Assembly (NCBI RefSeq): GCF_001194135.2
Contig: NC_068990.1
Location: forward strand, 72,548,392 to 72,609,981
Source: Octopus bimaculoides
Lineage: Eukaryota
Reading direction: 5' to 3'
Length of the DNA stretch: 61,590 bases
The position numbers were made by a program, and so were the translations under genes. Under the pieces are notes generated by a model. The model worked only from the letters and a program-made list of their open reading frames with translations, was not told the DNA's origin and did not search any database. Below are positions 48,768 through 61,590 of this stretch, piece by piece; position 1 is the stretch's first letter, and every line of letters begins with the position of its first letter.

Positions 48768-51700
48768 ATGTGGGGAAGGGTGTTAAAAATGATTTGATAT
48801 AATATAGATGGGTTTTTTTAAAATTCACCTTTAATAATAGGCGTTCTTTAAATAGTATATATATTGCCCTGATTCATGAAACAGCCCCCAAAATTATATT
48901 CCCTGAGAGAATGTAGTCATAAAAAGTAAGCATTTTATCACTGATTTTTGTGATATTTAAACGGGATTGTGTAAATATGTATATGTGAATAGGTATATGC
49001 ATATGTGACAGTATGTGGGCGCAAGTAAGTTTCTAATCTTGTTATCTACATTTTGATATAGGTACTGCTGTAGATTTTTAGGAAGATTTGGAGAAATATG
49101 CTTGCTTGGCGTGAACAATGTTTTGGTATATTGATATCCTCTGTTAATAATAGTAATAAGACCATTCGTTGAAACAAAATAAATTGAAACATAACCTACA
49201 TTTCTGAAATATACCATTGTTACAATGTTTAAATAAGGCTTTGCCATGTAAATAGTAATTTAGAGTTGTTTTGCTTTTGTTGTACATATACATAAATGTC
49301 TGATCCGTAGCTTTTATTGATTTACTGAAAAGCATCAGTTGTGGAGAAAGGAGTGAGGGAAAAAAAAAGTTCTTCAATTCGAGAAAGATGTTTTTTCCAT
49401 ATAATGAGTGTTGCAAAGATTTTTAAAAGTGGACTCAGAGACAATACGCAACAATAGTTGCGGTTTAAGTTGATGCTAGCAAGCGATTTCAGAACAGTTT
49501 AAGGCTCAAAACATTATGGACCATAGTTCAGGAAATCTTTTTATAGTGAAAATAATACACATTTTATGATTGGTGGGGAGTAAGGACAGGAAGGAAAAAT
49601 ATTGATTTTTTTTTGTTTGTTTGTTACACACCTTAATCATTAGACTTCAGTGAATTATATACTACTGCTGCATGTGTGCATGTGTATTGAAACATATTCT
49701 CTGAACACTAAACCTTTAAGTCACAAATTAACTAAGATAAACTTGTTATCACAACCCAGGTTAGATATTTTTGTTGTTGTCTTTCATGGAAAAATGATTG
49801 TTTAGGTTAAATCATTTTTATACAATTATCTACTCCTTAATTGACTATTTTATGCAGATGCTTTCTTTTGAGAACATTTCTCTTGAAATTTGTTATTAGT
49901 ATATTTATGAAATGGATTTTTTTTCATTCTTATCAGCTTTAATAACTCATATAGCTCAGTACAATGTGAATGAATGTCTTCAGAATGCTTCAACAACAGA
50001 TCTGAAGCCATGGAGCCTATATTAGGGGAAATTATATATATATATATATATATATATAAAAGCAGTTATATAGTTGAACAGCTATGATGATCACAGCTCT
50101 CTTGAATACAGCTGTAGTAGATTTCTGAAGGCAATTAATTGCAGAATAAAGAATGAATTTTATGTCAAGCTTCTTATAGAAGAGCTTTAATATGTATATG
50201 TTTTGATGCATCATGATATTGTATGTGATAATGCAAGTCCAAGGCCAAGCCTAGGAAGAATTAATAGAAAATATCAATTATTTCTATTTACTAGGCACAA
50301 TATCAATGTTTATAAGGAAAGGAGATATAATTTATTGAATTAACCCTCCATATAACAATAGTAATTATTTAAATGAAGCCTGAGAAGAAGGCAAACTTGG
50401 CCTCAGCCGGCTTTCCGCTCATAAAGTACGAGGTTCGTTAAACTAAATACCATAAGGCATTTTAGTCTAACATTCTTCTGTTTCGGCCAAATTGTCATCT
50501 TAAAGCAATTAATAATAATTTTAATCAATATTAGAGTATAGAGCAAGCTTGCTACTGAGTTAAGATAATGTGACACCTGCCATTTTTGTTGCATTTATTT
50601 TATTTAACAATAAGGAACATTGATTTGTTTATCAATGTCAGACTTTGATTTTACATATGTATATATTTATATATATATATATATATACTAGTATTAAGAA
50701 ATGATAGATCATGAGCTTTAAAGCCATGTTCTTGTTCCTTCCTTCATGGTGAAACATAGAAAATTTCTTCAAACTAAAATGGCTACTTTTCAGAAGCCTT
50801 ACTTAGCTTTAAAACTCTTTGACAAAAAAAAAAAAATAAAATAATATTCTCAAATCGAGGAGAAATTGCATATTTATAATAGAATGATAGTTTAGTTTAT
50901 GAGCAGAAAATACAAAGTTTATATTTGATTTTGTTTTTTTTTTTAAATAGTTGGATGGAAAGAATGAATAAAGAAGCCTTGCACAATATCTTGGCAGGCA
51001 ATGGAAGGAGTTTTAAGAAATAATCTATATGAAAGACGAATGGATGGAATATAGCGCACTAGAAAAAATTTAGAATAAAAATGTCTTTGGATGGAAAGTT
51101 TTGTTTCCTAATAGATATATGCATGTATACATACATACATATATATAATTATATATATATATATACATATGTTTATATATATGTTACATAGTTCTTTTTT
51201 AACCAATAGCAAGCTTACATAAAAAAGAGAAGAATTAAGCAAATCCACCCACAAAAATAAGCAAAAGCAATGATGATTTTAAGTTTTTGAGACTGGTTCA
51301 CATATATAGGGGCCATATCCTTGCAATAAATATAGCATAACTTCATATGTTTTATATATATATATATATATTTATAGTTCTAATAGTCACAGAAATATCT
51401 AAATATATTATTCACACATTCACACATCAATGTCACAGACACAATTTAATAATTAACTTTCTGATAACTGTGAAAGTAGCTAAAGATTGACTTGACTCAG
51501 CTTGGAGTCAGAATATGACATTAAAAAATTAGGAGGATATGAAATATTCTTTGTCCAAATCTCATGAATGGTTTATATATTTTTGTATGAGATGTCACAC
51601 ACAAAAAAAAATTAGAATTGAAGAAGTAATAAGTAATAGTGTTGAAGTTAGACAATAGTCTATGCTGAGTCTGGTTGAACAGATTGAGGCCTACACTCAC

Positions 51701-54700
51701 GTATCAATACCCGTATCTCCTTACCATATTTATATATATTTATTACATATTATACACGCACACACACACACATAAGTAGATAATGAAAGAATTATAGATA
51801 GAAAACTGCCAATTACGTTTTTGTATATTAATGAAGTCCCACAAGCATCTCTAGAATGGCAGCTAAAACATGATAAAATAGCTACTAATGAATTGTCAGC
51901 AACTAAAAAATAAGGGTTGTTACTGTAGTACAATTGGTAAAGAACAATGCTAATTCTAAAGTAATATGATACATACATACATATATATATAATATTTATA
52001 TATATGTTTGTTTTCGGCTTTAGTCTTGAAAGACAGTATTTGTTATGAACTGCACTTGATTTTACTTTGCATATCAATGCAAGCTGCCACAAGTGCGAAT
52101 GTAAGGAGTATAGTGATTATCATTTCATTAACTATAATAATTTCCTGTTTTACTGCAATACTCTAAAGACTAGAGATCAGTGATGCCAAGAATTGAAACC
52201 AACCATTTTAGCAGAAAACTGTTGTGCATTCTACAATAGAGAAGCAAGAACTGATACAGACTTTACACACACACACACATATACACATGCATATATATAT
52301 ATACACACACACATATATACATACATATATATATATATACACACACACATATATATACATACATACACACACACATATATATATACATACATACACACAC
52401 ACATACATATGTATGATTTATTTGAAATAATAATTTGTTAATTGATGCTATAGAACAAAAATCCTGTGCAACTTGTGCAATATATTCCTCTGTAGTTGTT
52501 AAATTTTGTCTTGAATAATTACTACAATTCACATGAAAATAGATAAATGTCTTTTTTTAAGTGAAAGAGTGTTGTTATTTTTCAACTATATATTTAGAAA
52601 GAAGAACATGTCTGAATTTCTCCTCTCTATAAAGATAAATGTGTTATCATAAATATATATATAGTCAGAATTATGTTCATGAATGTTATATGAAGTACAT
52701 TTGTGGCCACGGATTTATCAGTCCTGTGTGCATGTGTCATTATCAAAATACCAACACATGTGAAGGAAAATTCAAGAAATCATCGTAAAAAAAAGTCATT
52801 TAAGAAATCACAAAAATTTCCCCAAAGTTGTGATACAGTAAGAAAAGCTAACAAAAGATGCAGTCTGTGTTTCCTCTCAACAATGGACGTAACTAAGAAA
52901 TAGACATTTACTTCAGAAGACAAGACTAAATCCTAAACATTTAGCTTGCTAATATTTTTGGTGTCATGGAATCTGCAGCTGCAGTTCTGGCAAGTCACAA
53001 GCAACAGTTATTTATTCATCACTCATGTAAGACCATTGTAAAATCTTCAGTGGTGTAATCAAGAATAACAGTAGCAGTTTGATGAAGGTGTTAAGCTACT
53101 GACCACTTAATTGAGGAATTCATGCCCAGCTACAGTTATTGTGGTGTGCCCCAAGTAAAAAAAAAGGTTGGTCACAGTTTACTGGTCTGCCTTCCATTCT
53201 ATAGTGAAGCAATTATGATTGTGGAAGGCATTCGCTTTAGCATTACAAGGTACAAGAATTTTAATATTTTCATATGAATTATCAAAAGTCAACCCAGTCA
53301 CATCAGCAACATAAAATAATAACTGTACTATATAGAAATCAGTGTAATATAAATAAAGGACTTTCTAAATATTTCTAAAAAGTAAGTTCCATGTGAAATA
53401 ATCTACATTGACAATTTCAAGGAAAACACACTAACACATTAAGTACTGACATACCTAAGTGATTCTATGCTGCCTTCAGTGCTACACCGTTAGCAAATCA
53501 TAATGAATAGTCGAGCAATTACAAATAATTGTGGCTGTAAACAAAGTGGCCTTGAGAAGAATGTATCGAAAGAGGACATAGATTAACTTATTCTGCTATG
53601 CATTAAGTATTATCAGTTTGGGAAGAAAAATACAATGAATCCACAAATAAAAGCAATCTTAGTAGAAATGATTCACATGAAATTAAAATGCACACTAGGT
53701 TTTTTTAAGACATTTGCATACCTTACTCTGCAATGGAGTAAGCTGGAAAATAACCATACAAAGTTCTATTTTAAGACGCAGAGGGACATTTGTAGAGCCT
53801 CTATGGAAGCAAAGTTCTTCCTCCTTTTACTGTTCTTTTACGTGAGTTGGAAGCTCACAATATTTTTAAAACAATCCTTAAAATAAAAGAAAACATTTCA
53901 TTGGATTTATATATTTGAAAAGGATAAGTTACTAACCACTAGTAAGAGTTTTCAGCAAAATGTGTATTATTATCATTACAAAAAAAAAAATGAAAAAGAA
54001 AAAAAAAAGGTTTCAGACAATTCTTCTTGTTTATTTTGGATCTAAGAGTTAATCCTTATTAACATGATTTATAATCTTAAACTATAACAGTAAACTTTAA
54101 CACTGACAACTAGAACACTATATAATTCAAACATGCATATACTCTATTTTCCTTTTTACTTGTGTTTTCTCTGCTTTTTTTTCTCTCATATATATATATA
54201 TCATATACACATGTATGTATAAATACATGTAATATGTAAGTTCATGAAAATGCACAGATATTGAGAGTAGGGGGTAGAATAAAAGATATTTTAAAACTAG
54301 TTCAACATATTCGAAAGAAATTGGGAGATACTATATAGATTTTAACATACAAAATAAATTTTTGGTTATTTTGCTTGTTAAAGAATTTTTATTTTGCAAT
54401 AAATCTGAAATATAAGTGGAGAGAAGTACAGAATTATGCAGATGATGTCAATTTGTAACAAACACAGTAGATGTTAGAGTGACAATACAACAGACAAAAT
54501 ATATAATTAGGAAAAGCTTGGTTGGCACAACGTTACGGTGATAAATGGTAGTTGGAATACAGACATATATAAGCCACAGTCAACAATCTCCCTACAAGAC
54601 AACCCAATAAAATATGTATATTTTTATCTTTTTCTTTCCCAAACCCATTGATCTGCAGTTCACTTCAATAAGCACAGCATATGACAAATAGCCATTACCT

Positions 54701-55582
54701 TCAAGTAGCTACTAGTAGCAGAGGCTAAAGCAGAAGAAATCTATCACTAACTGAATTCGGATGACTGTTACGTATTTACTCAAATGTTTTAAGGACCGTA
54801 ACTGTAGACATAACGAAATAATTAGAATTATTATTTTAAAAAGTATTGAAAACAAAAAGAATGTGGAATACTTGTTTATAACTAACGATGTTCTAAGTGT
54901 GTATAAAAAGTCAAAAAATGTACTTATTCAAAATTAGCCAAGAGCTATCAGGGATGGTACACATCAGCTGACAAATAACAGAGAAAATCGTTCATATTTA
55001 AAAGAATGTTTATGAATGCAATTCAAAAAGAAGCCATAGAAATACTCCCTTTAATTTATCCTATGACCACCCAAAACATATTTCATTTCATTAGTTGATT
55101 TTATCCATCTCATTGAAGAGGATCTAAAATTATCAAAGAAATAATTACAACAGAACTGAAATAGGAAGAAATATTTACCAAAGAAAGAGACTTACATTAT
55201 GTAGAATTTTAATTTCATGTACAAGTCAACACCACTGCATTATTCAAAGAGAAGATATTAAAAAAAAAAATCTACCCTAAAACTATTGTTAAGTTTAACA
55301 AAATTTCTAATACTTCTATATGAAACATTCTGTCTAGTTTAACTAGCTATAGAATGAATTTGTAATGTTTATTTCCTCATTTTTTTTGTACTTCTAATTG
55401 TTCAGTTTAAGCAATTAATTTGAAATTTTGTTCAAAACATGTTTTGTAAACAAAATATGAAGTAAATGCAGCTTAGCTTTAAATAAATTTTTCTGTACTC
55501 AATAAACAAGTTAATAAATAAAGTTAAATTAGAAAATAAGACTATATATGAGTATACCTTAATTAAAAAAAAAATTCTAATT

Positions 55583-55955
55583 TGTCTTTTACATGTTCCA
55601 GTCATTTGACTAGCGCCATGCTGGGGCACCACCTTGACGTGTTTAGTCAAACAAATTGACCCCAGGACATTTTTTTTTTAGCCAAGTACTTATCCTTTCG
55701 GTCTCTTTTGCTGAACCACTAAGTTACAGGGACACACCAACACCAGTTGTCAAGTGGTGATGGGGTGGGGGAACACAGACACACACACACATAATGGGCT
55801 TCTTCTTTCAGTTTCCATCTACCAAATTCCACGCACAAGGCTTTGGTCAGCCCGAGGCTATAGTAGATGACCCTTGCCCAAGACACCATGCAGTGAGACT
55901 GAACCTGGAACCAGTGTGGTTGGGAAACAAGCTTCTTACCACACAGCCACGCCTG
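55583..55955 (-). mobile_element. tRNA-derived composite SINE
   Basis: Same architecture as 2660-3090. Confidence 0.8.
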
Positions 55956-58709
55956 TGTCTATACATGTATAATTCCTCTAAACAGTAGCCACAGGTAAAA
56001 GATATTTATAACTCATACAGCAAGGTAACAGTTTTATATTTGAGCATCTTTGTCATTATAAACTGAATCTAAAAATGATTTATTTAAATAAAGCAATATA
56101 AATCCACCAGTTGCTCTAAAATCTAAAAATGTAACTTTAATGATGAAATATAATTCAAGTTCGACTTAAGAACATTCCCTAAATTTTTCTTTGGAAAGTA
56201 ATTCTAATTAAATGCTAAATAATCATGTACTGACAGTTTATTTATTCATTTTGTTTTCAGATATAATTGTAAATATAATACATTTATTCAGACATTTTAA
56301 AATTAACACTTACTATTCTATCTGAAAGAAACGATAATTCAACAAGTCACTTAGTAAAATAAAAATTATCAAATATACTGCAGACACTGTCAAATTATCA
56401 TCTATTCCAAATACTGTAATTAAATCTCAAACTAAAATATATTCAAATTAAATGCAACACACACACAAATCCTGTATATTTATATATCAAGTATCAAGAT
56501 AGCATTAATATTTAATTATGATAGCAACAGGAACAGGATATACTCAAGTTAGCTATGATGAAAGTTTCAATCACCAAACATTGTAAAAAAAGTTCGTAAC
56601 GACTGTCAGGTCTAAACCAATAATTGATACAAGAATCAACAAACCACTAATTAAATGAAAATGAAACTGATAAGTTTTATGTTTCAAAACAAAAGACACT
56701 ATAGCAGCATTTTCAAAATCTTAGCCCATAAGATTTTGTAGTTTTAAGTATTATACAACTAAATGATTGAACATGTTACCAATTAAGGCCTGTTTTGTAT
56801 GTATATATATATATATATATATATAAAGGCCTTAATTAGTATCATCTATGTGTATTACCAAGACAGAACATAGGTCTTAATTAGTATTATCATTCTATCA
56901 TTCACTGATGTGGACATATTTAACAAAGAACTTGTTCCTATAGAAATTTAATAAATTTAAATAAATCTTAACTTTTTATTATAAAATAAAAGCTCTGAAC
57001 ACAAAAAAAAAAAAAAAATGAAATTAAAATAAAACAGTAATTCACATTATTATATACAAACAACTTAAAATTATCTCATTTTAAATTGAATTTATAAACA
57101 TTCTTAATGAAATATTGAAACAGTCTACAAGAAATTTTTGAAATCCACTTACATTAGAAATTCTTTAGCCTCTAAAATAAGCTAGTTCCATTCTCAGCCA
57201 ATAAATCAAGAATTAAACAGTTGACATATGTCACATGAAATGCAGCTACATGAAGACAGACACTTCTAAAAATTCATCAACCTGCCACACACAATACCTC
57301 TGTTTCTCAGACTTAAACTAATTGCTAGTTCTAACTCTAAATAGAATATGTGAAATTCTACAACATTCTAAGTATAATTAATTTTGGTTATATAACATAT
57401 CAAACATTCTAAATAACAGATTCATTCAGTTGGAACAGCTAGCCAGGCATTAGACGAGAAAAATAAAAGAGGGACATAAAGAATGTTGCATTACAAGAAA
57501 ACAGAAAATGGCATTAGGAAAGTAAAGCAACCAATACAAAATGTACGAAAGTAGCACAACTTTCAAATGAAAGCCCTTCGCAGTTACTGTTTATAAAAAG
57601 TGCAGCAATACTGCAATAGTCTGATCTACAAAAGATCACAGCTCAGTGGATTTTTGGTCATGTAAAAAAAAAAAAACCTGTCCAGTAATTGTTTTATGTA
57701 AGCCAAACAGCATATATATTTGCTAACTCTACCCAGGTCACACTAGTGACAATGACAACATATGACAAACTAGAAAATAGGCAAATCATTAAAGAAAATG
57801 ACAAGTGTTTTTAAATTTGAAGTGTACCTTCCCCGAAAGATATCATTAAGGTAAAAACCCTGAAGAATTACTCTTAGACCCGTTTTGGGTGCCAATTAGT
57901 TCCCCAGAACCTGCTTACACCAACCTCACTCCCTTGAAGCTGTAGTTTCTATCATTAAGCTACAGTATATCACAGTTTATTGTTGGTGAAAGCAAGCAGT
58001 TAGCATTCATGAAATCAGCATATTTATGTGTAGGATAGAAAATTCACAAAAAAATGGGAGGGGGGGATTTAAAAAAAAAAAAAAGAAATTGTGCTTGTGT
58101 AATGGATAATAGATGCAAGGCAGTACATACATTCACAAAACATTTAGGGCAAAAATTACATGGACTTATTAAAGTTCCTTTTAAATCACAGAAACTCATA
58201 ACCAAACCCCTAGCTCTTTATTTCCATTTTCTTAAAATAAGTCAACATAAAAAAAAAATAAATAAAATAAATCTGTTGACATTCATAAGGATTCCAAGGA
58301 AGCCAGAAAATGGCTGATTAGAATCATTGGCAATTTATTGTTTACATTGGACAAAATTGGATCCGCAATAAAATGTCAGTCATATATACCTACAGAGAAA
58401 AGACTTAGACTTTTCTTTGAATAATATCTTTGTTGGATCAGTAGAGAAAGAAAGAAGTATACAGTGTTCTCCACCTTGTAAAGACAGTATACTAAACTGG
58501 AAATAAACTGTTGTCAAAATAGTGATCTTAAAAATAGAAATGATATTCTGCAATGAGAACAAAAGAATGGTGTGCCAAAGAAAACAAAAAAATTTAGTTG
58601 AAGTTTGCAAATACTATGGCTAAAAAGAGTAAAAGAAATATATAGCTGAACAGAAATTTTAAGAAAAACAATACAAAACAATTTATGCTTCAGACAGTGT
58701 ATATGCATG

Positions 58710-58755
<46 letters not shown>

Positions 58756-59411
58756 TCCACGGACACACATATCCAGACATTTACATGCAATGGCGTGCAT
58801 TTAGAGACAAGATCAAAGAACGTTACTGAAAACACTTATATTTGGGATAAAGGATACGGGTAGGGAGGGAGGGAGTTAATACTCTTCCAAAGTAAATATT
58901 AAAAAATATATTTAATCAATATACCAAATTGTTATGAAGCTGGGCTTTCTTTCTCAAGGATAAGAAGAAAAAAAGCTAGTCTTCAACAGCTTCTAACGCT
59001 ATACAAATCCACCCGAATATAAAATAATATTGAGTACCTCGAGAGAAGAGAAATTTATAAATGCTATAGGTTGTCTTTTTGGCCCTAGTCTCAAACTTGA
59101 AGTCAATTTACTTTATTCATTGTAAAATACTGTGGTCCTAGTTGAGGCCTCACAAATGCACTTCTTGCATTAATCTCAGTTTTACTCTTTTTTACATATT
59201 TGTTCAAGGTCTTACATTAAACGATGTTCTACACTAACACCATGCATGTTCTTTCTGTGCTATATAAAAAATACACTTAATTTCCAACAGTATATCTAAA
59301 CACAATGTATAATAGCCTGTTTTGCTCTTTCTCTTTAACGTAAGACAATCCTCCTCTAGACCCTCTCTGCATCGGAAACTACTTTAATGATGATCCTAGC
59401 TTTCTCCTCTG

Positions 59412-59460
<49 letters not shown>

Positions 59461-61007
59461 ATATAAGTCTCATGAAAAGAAAAAAAGAAAAATAAGAAAA
59501 TAGACCCTCCCACTCTTTAAAAGAATGCATAAAAATATAGTTTAGACCAAATAATGAGCTGCTTAGTTCAGAACCAAAACAGCAACACCTTGAAAGGGAT
59601 TCAGAATTAAAAGGGTATCTTTTTTTGGAAGAGCTCAATATAAAAATTGACCACAACCTTAAAGTGCTCAATATACATGGGATACATATTGAACATACAC
59701 CCGTAATGTTGTGAAAGTAAACTGTTCCTGAGAGGAAGAAGAGCAGAACCCTTCTTCATTATAGGAAGAGTATCCTTGATGAAAAAAAAATCTTTTTTAC
59801 AAGAATCAAGAGGAAAAAGGTAGATTAAATAATATATATGTAAAAATAATAATAATAATAATTAGATAAAATTAAGATTCTCAGAGAAGAGTTAACAGTG
59901 GAGGTTCTTTCCTTGAGAGAAATATTGTGAATAAATAATAAAAAATATACTGACATAACAGTCTAAGCAATTTTTATAGTTTTTACCCGTCATAGTTTTT
60001 CATTAGCAAAGGAGAATAAATGTTAATGGATAAAAAAAGAAAACACACACAATAAAAGAGCTCCGAGTTGAAACTCATATATAGAACATATATTCACATA
60101 CACAATCACAAATACATAACATTCAAATAAGTTTTATATATATATATGTATATATATAAGGTCACATATTACCAAAAGGAAAATTTAATACAATAGTAAA
60201 GGTTACCTTTCAAAATTGTTCATTTGTGTGAAATTGAAGGCTTTAAAATAATCTTAAAAGTGTCGATAGATACTAATGGTGAAACAGACAATCCTTAGAT
60301 CATATCTCAGATATGCAAATAGCCATATATCTCTTGTATGGGGAGTGGGTGTAGAGAAAACAATGCAAACTAAGTTGATAACGCATAGAAGAAAGAAGTT
60401 AATTTGTATTTTTCTATAATGTTAGTCTAATGTGTCTGGTATATAACTAACATGTTATTAAAATAATGCACTAAAATTAAAAGGACATCAAAGACATTAT
60501 GTCTAGATGGAATGAATAAAAAAAATTTGATTAAAGTTACAGCCTGCAGTTATTATATCGATGTCATTAGCATAGTGACATAGCTGTAATGTCCATATTT
60601 TATATTTGATAGACAACAGATATAAAATAATATATTCTGTTTAAATGAGGCAATGTGAGGGAAGCAGAAGGGAATCCCAAATGAAATAAAGAAAGGAAAT
60701 TCTGTAAGACATCATAAATCATAAAACTATTTCATCTGTCACTTAGAAAAGATCTTGATTAAAAGCTATGAGACATTAACTTACAAACAATATAAAATAT
60801 TAAACAATAAATATTACAGAAAACTGGGTTACTTCTCTCTATTGTCAACCATAATCACATAGGCCAGCATATGAAGATTTTACTTCATTGATCCAAAAGG
60901 ATGGAAGGCAAACTCAGCCCTTACACAACTTAAGCACTAAGGTCCAGTGCATAAACTTAATTTCTCTGACTCTATCAAATATATATGTATGTCTGTGAGT
61001 ATGTGTG

Positions 61008-61038
<31 letters not shown>

Positions 61039-61590
61039 TTATTTTCACTCATGATTGTTCATAATTTAGATGATTAAAGAAAAAATTTTGCATAACAGCC
61101 TAATGCAGAATCTGGTGCTTAAAACAGTGTTGAAATATGATCCTAGATATTTGTAACTACATTTAAGATTGTGTGTTCTTACAGAAAGTGTTGAAGAACA
61201 GCATATCTGCACACTGACTTAAAAAACCTTTTAAATGAAAATTTTGACCACGGTTTTGGTTTTTTTTTTCAAAGCATTAAACACAGCATAATTTCATACA
61301 AACACATTCAAACTCAGACACACACGCAGACAATTACGTGTAAACAAATGCCAAGCTAGCGCAACACAAAGAAAAGAAATAAATTTATGATTTCTGTTTC
61401 ATTCAAAATTATACACATGCATATAGAGGAGTGTGCATTCTTACAAATATGCACAAAAGCACACATACACATTGAACAGTAAATAAAAAGGAACAATAAA
61501 AAATAATTTACAATTTTTTTGTATACTGACAAGGTGGAGATATCTGGGTATTTTTTGTTGCTTTTTTCTTTTTTTTTTTTTTTTTTTTTT

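Larger units (their letters stand above)
38190..61590 (-). other. Putative very long 3' UTR or unspliced transcript of a gene whose CDS is outside the window
   Basis: Sharp fall in SINE density, low CpG, long A-runs outnumbering T-runs on the plus strand, many minus-strand AATAAA motifs and no credible ORF. Inference only. Confidence 0.4.

Noticed and set aside
166-58780. The many ORFs in the supplied track rich in IYIY, HTHT, CVCV, IIII or X
   Set aside because: These are translations of (TA)n, (CA)n, (ATT)n microsatellites or N-gaps, not genes.
59541-59714. 57-codon open stretch (FRPNNELLSSEPKQQHLERD...)
   Set aside because: No start or splice signals and no homology recognised; within chance expectation.
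38190-61590. Conserved bilaterian miRNAs
   Set aside because: I saw no mature sequences of the well-known families I could recall. Lineage-specific miRNAs cannot be excluded without small-RNA data.

Overview
AT-rich eukaryotic genomic DNA with five N-gaps. The repeat content (tRNA-derived SINEs with (ATT)n or (CA)n tails, RTE LINEs with (GAT)n tails, dense (TA)n/(CA)n microsatellites) looks like an octopod cephalopod genome; this is inferred from pattern recognition, not a database hit. I can support no intact host protein-coding gene. Positions 1-38 kb are a transposon graveyard. It holds a decayed 3.1-kb Naiad-type Penelope-like element (RT plus GIY-YIG), RTE, CR1 and R4/Dong LINE remnants, a Tc1 remnant, a TTAA-flanked MITE family and dozens of SINEs. 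Positions 38.2-61.6 kb are SINE-poor, CpG-poor and U-rich on the minus strand. They end at a minus-strand AATAAA with a GU-rich downstream element, preceded by a structured ~250-nt segment, which fits a very long 3' UTR or unspliced RNA whose CDS lies outside the window. The most interesting signal is seven hammerhead-ribozyme (HHR) motifs at five loci. Three of these loci are elements with outward-facing inverted ends. One is a 548-bp head-to-head palindromic element made of a tRNA-derived Pol III head, an (AAT)n spacer and a hammerhead tail, flanked by an 11-bp target-site duplication. It looks like a self-cleaving SINE mobilised by Penelope-like machinery. All structures were read by eye; repeat boundaries are approximate.
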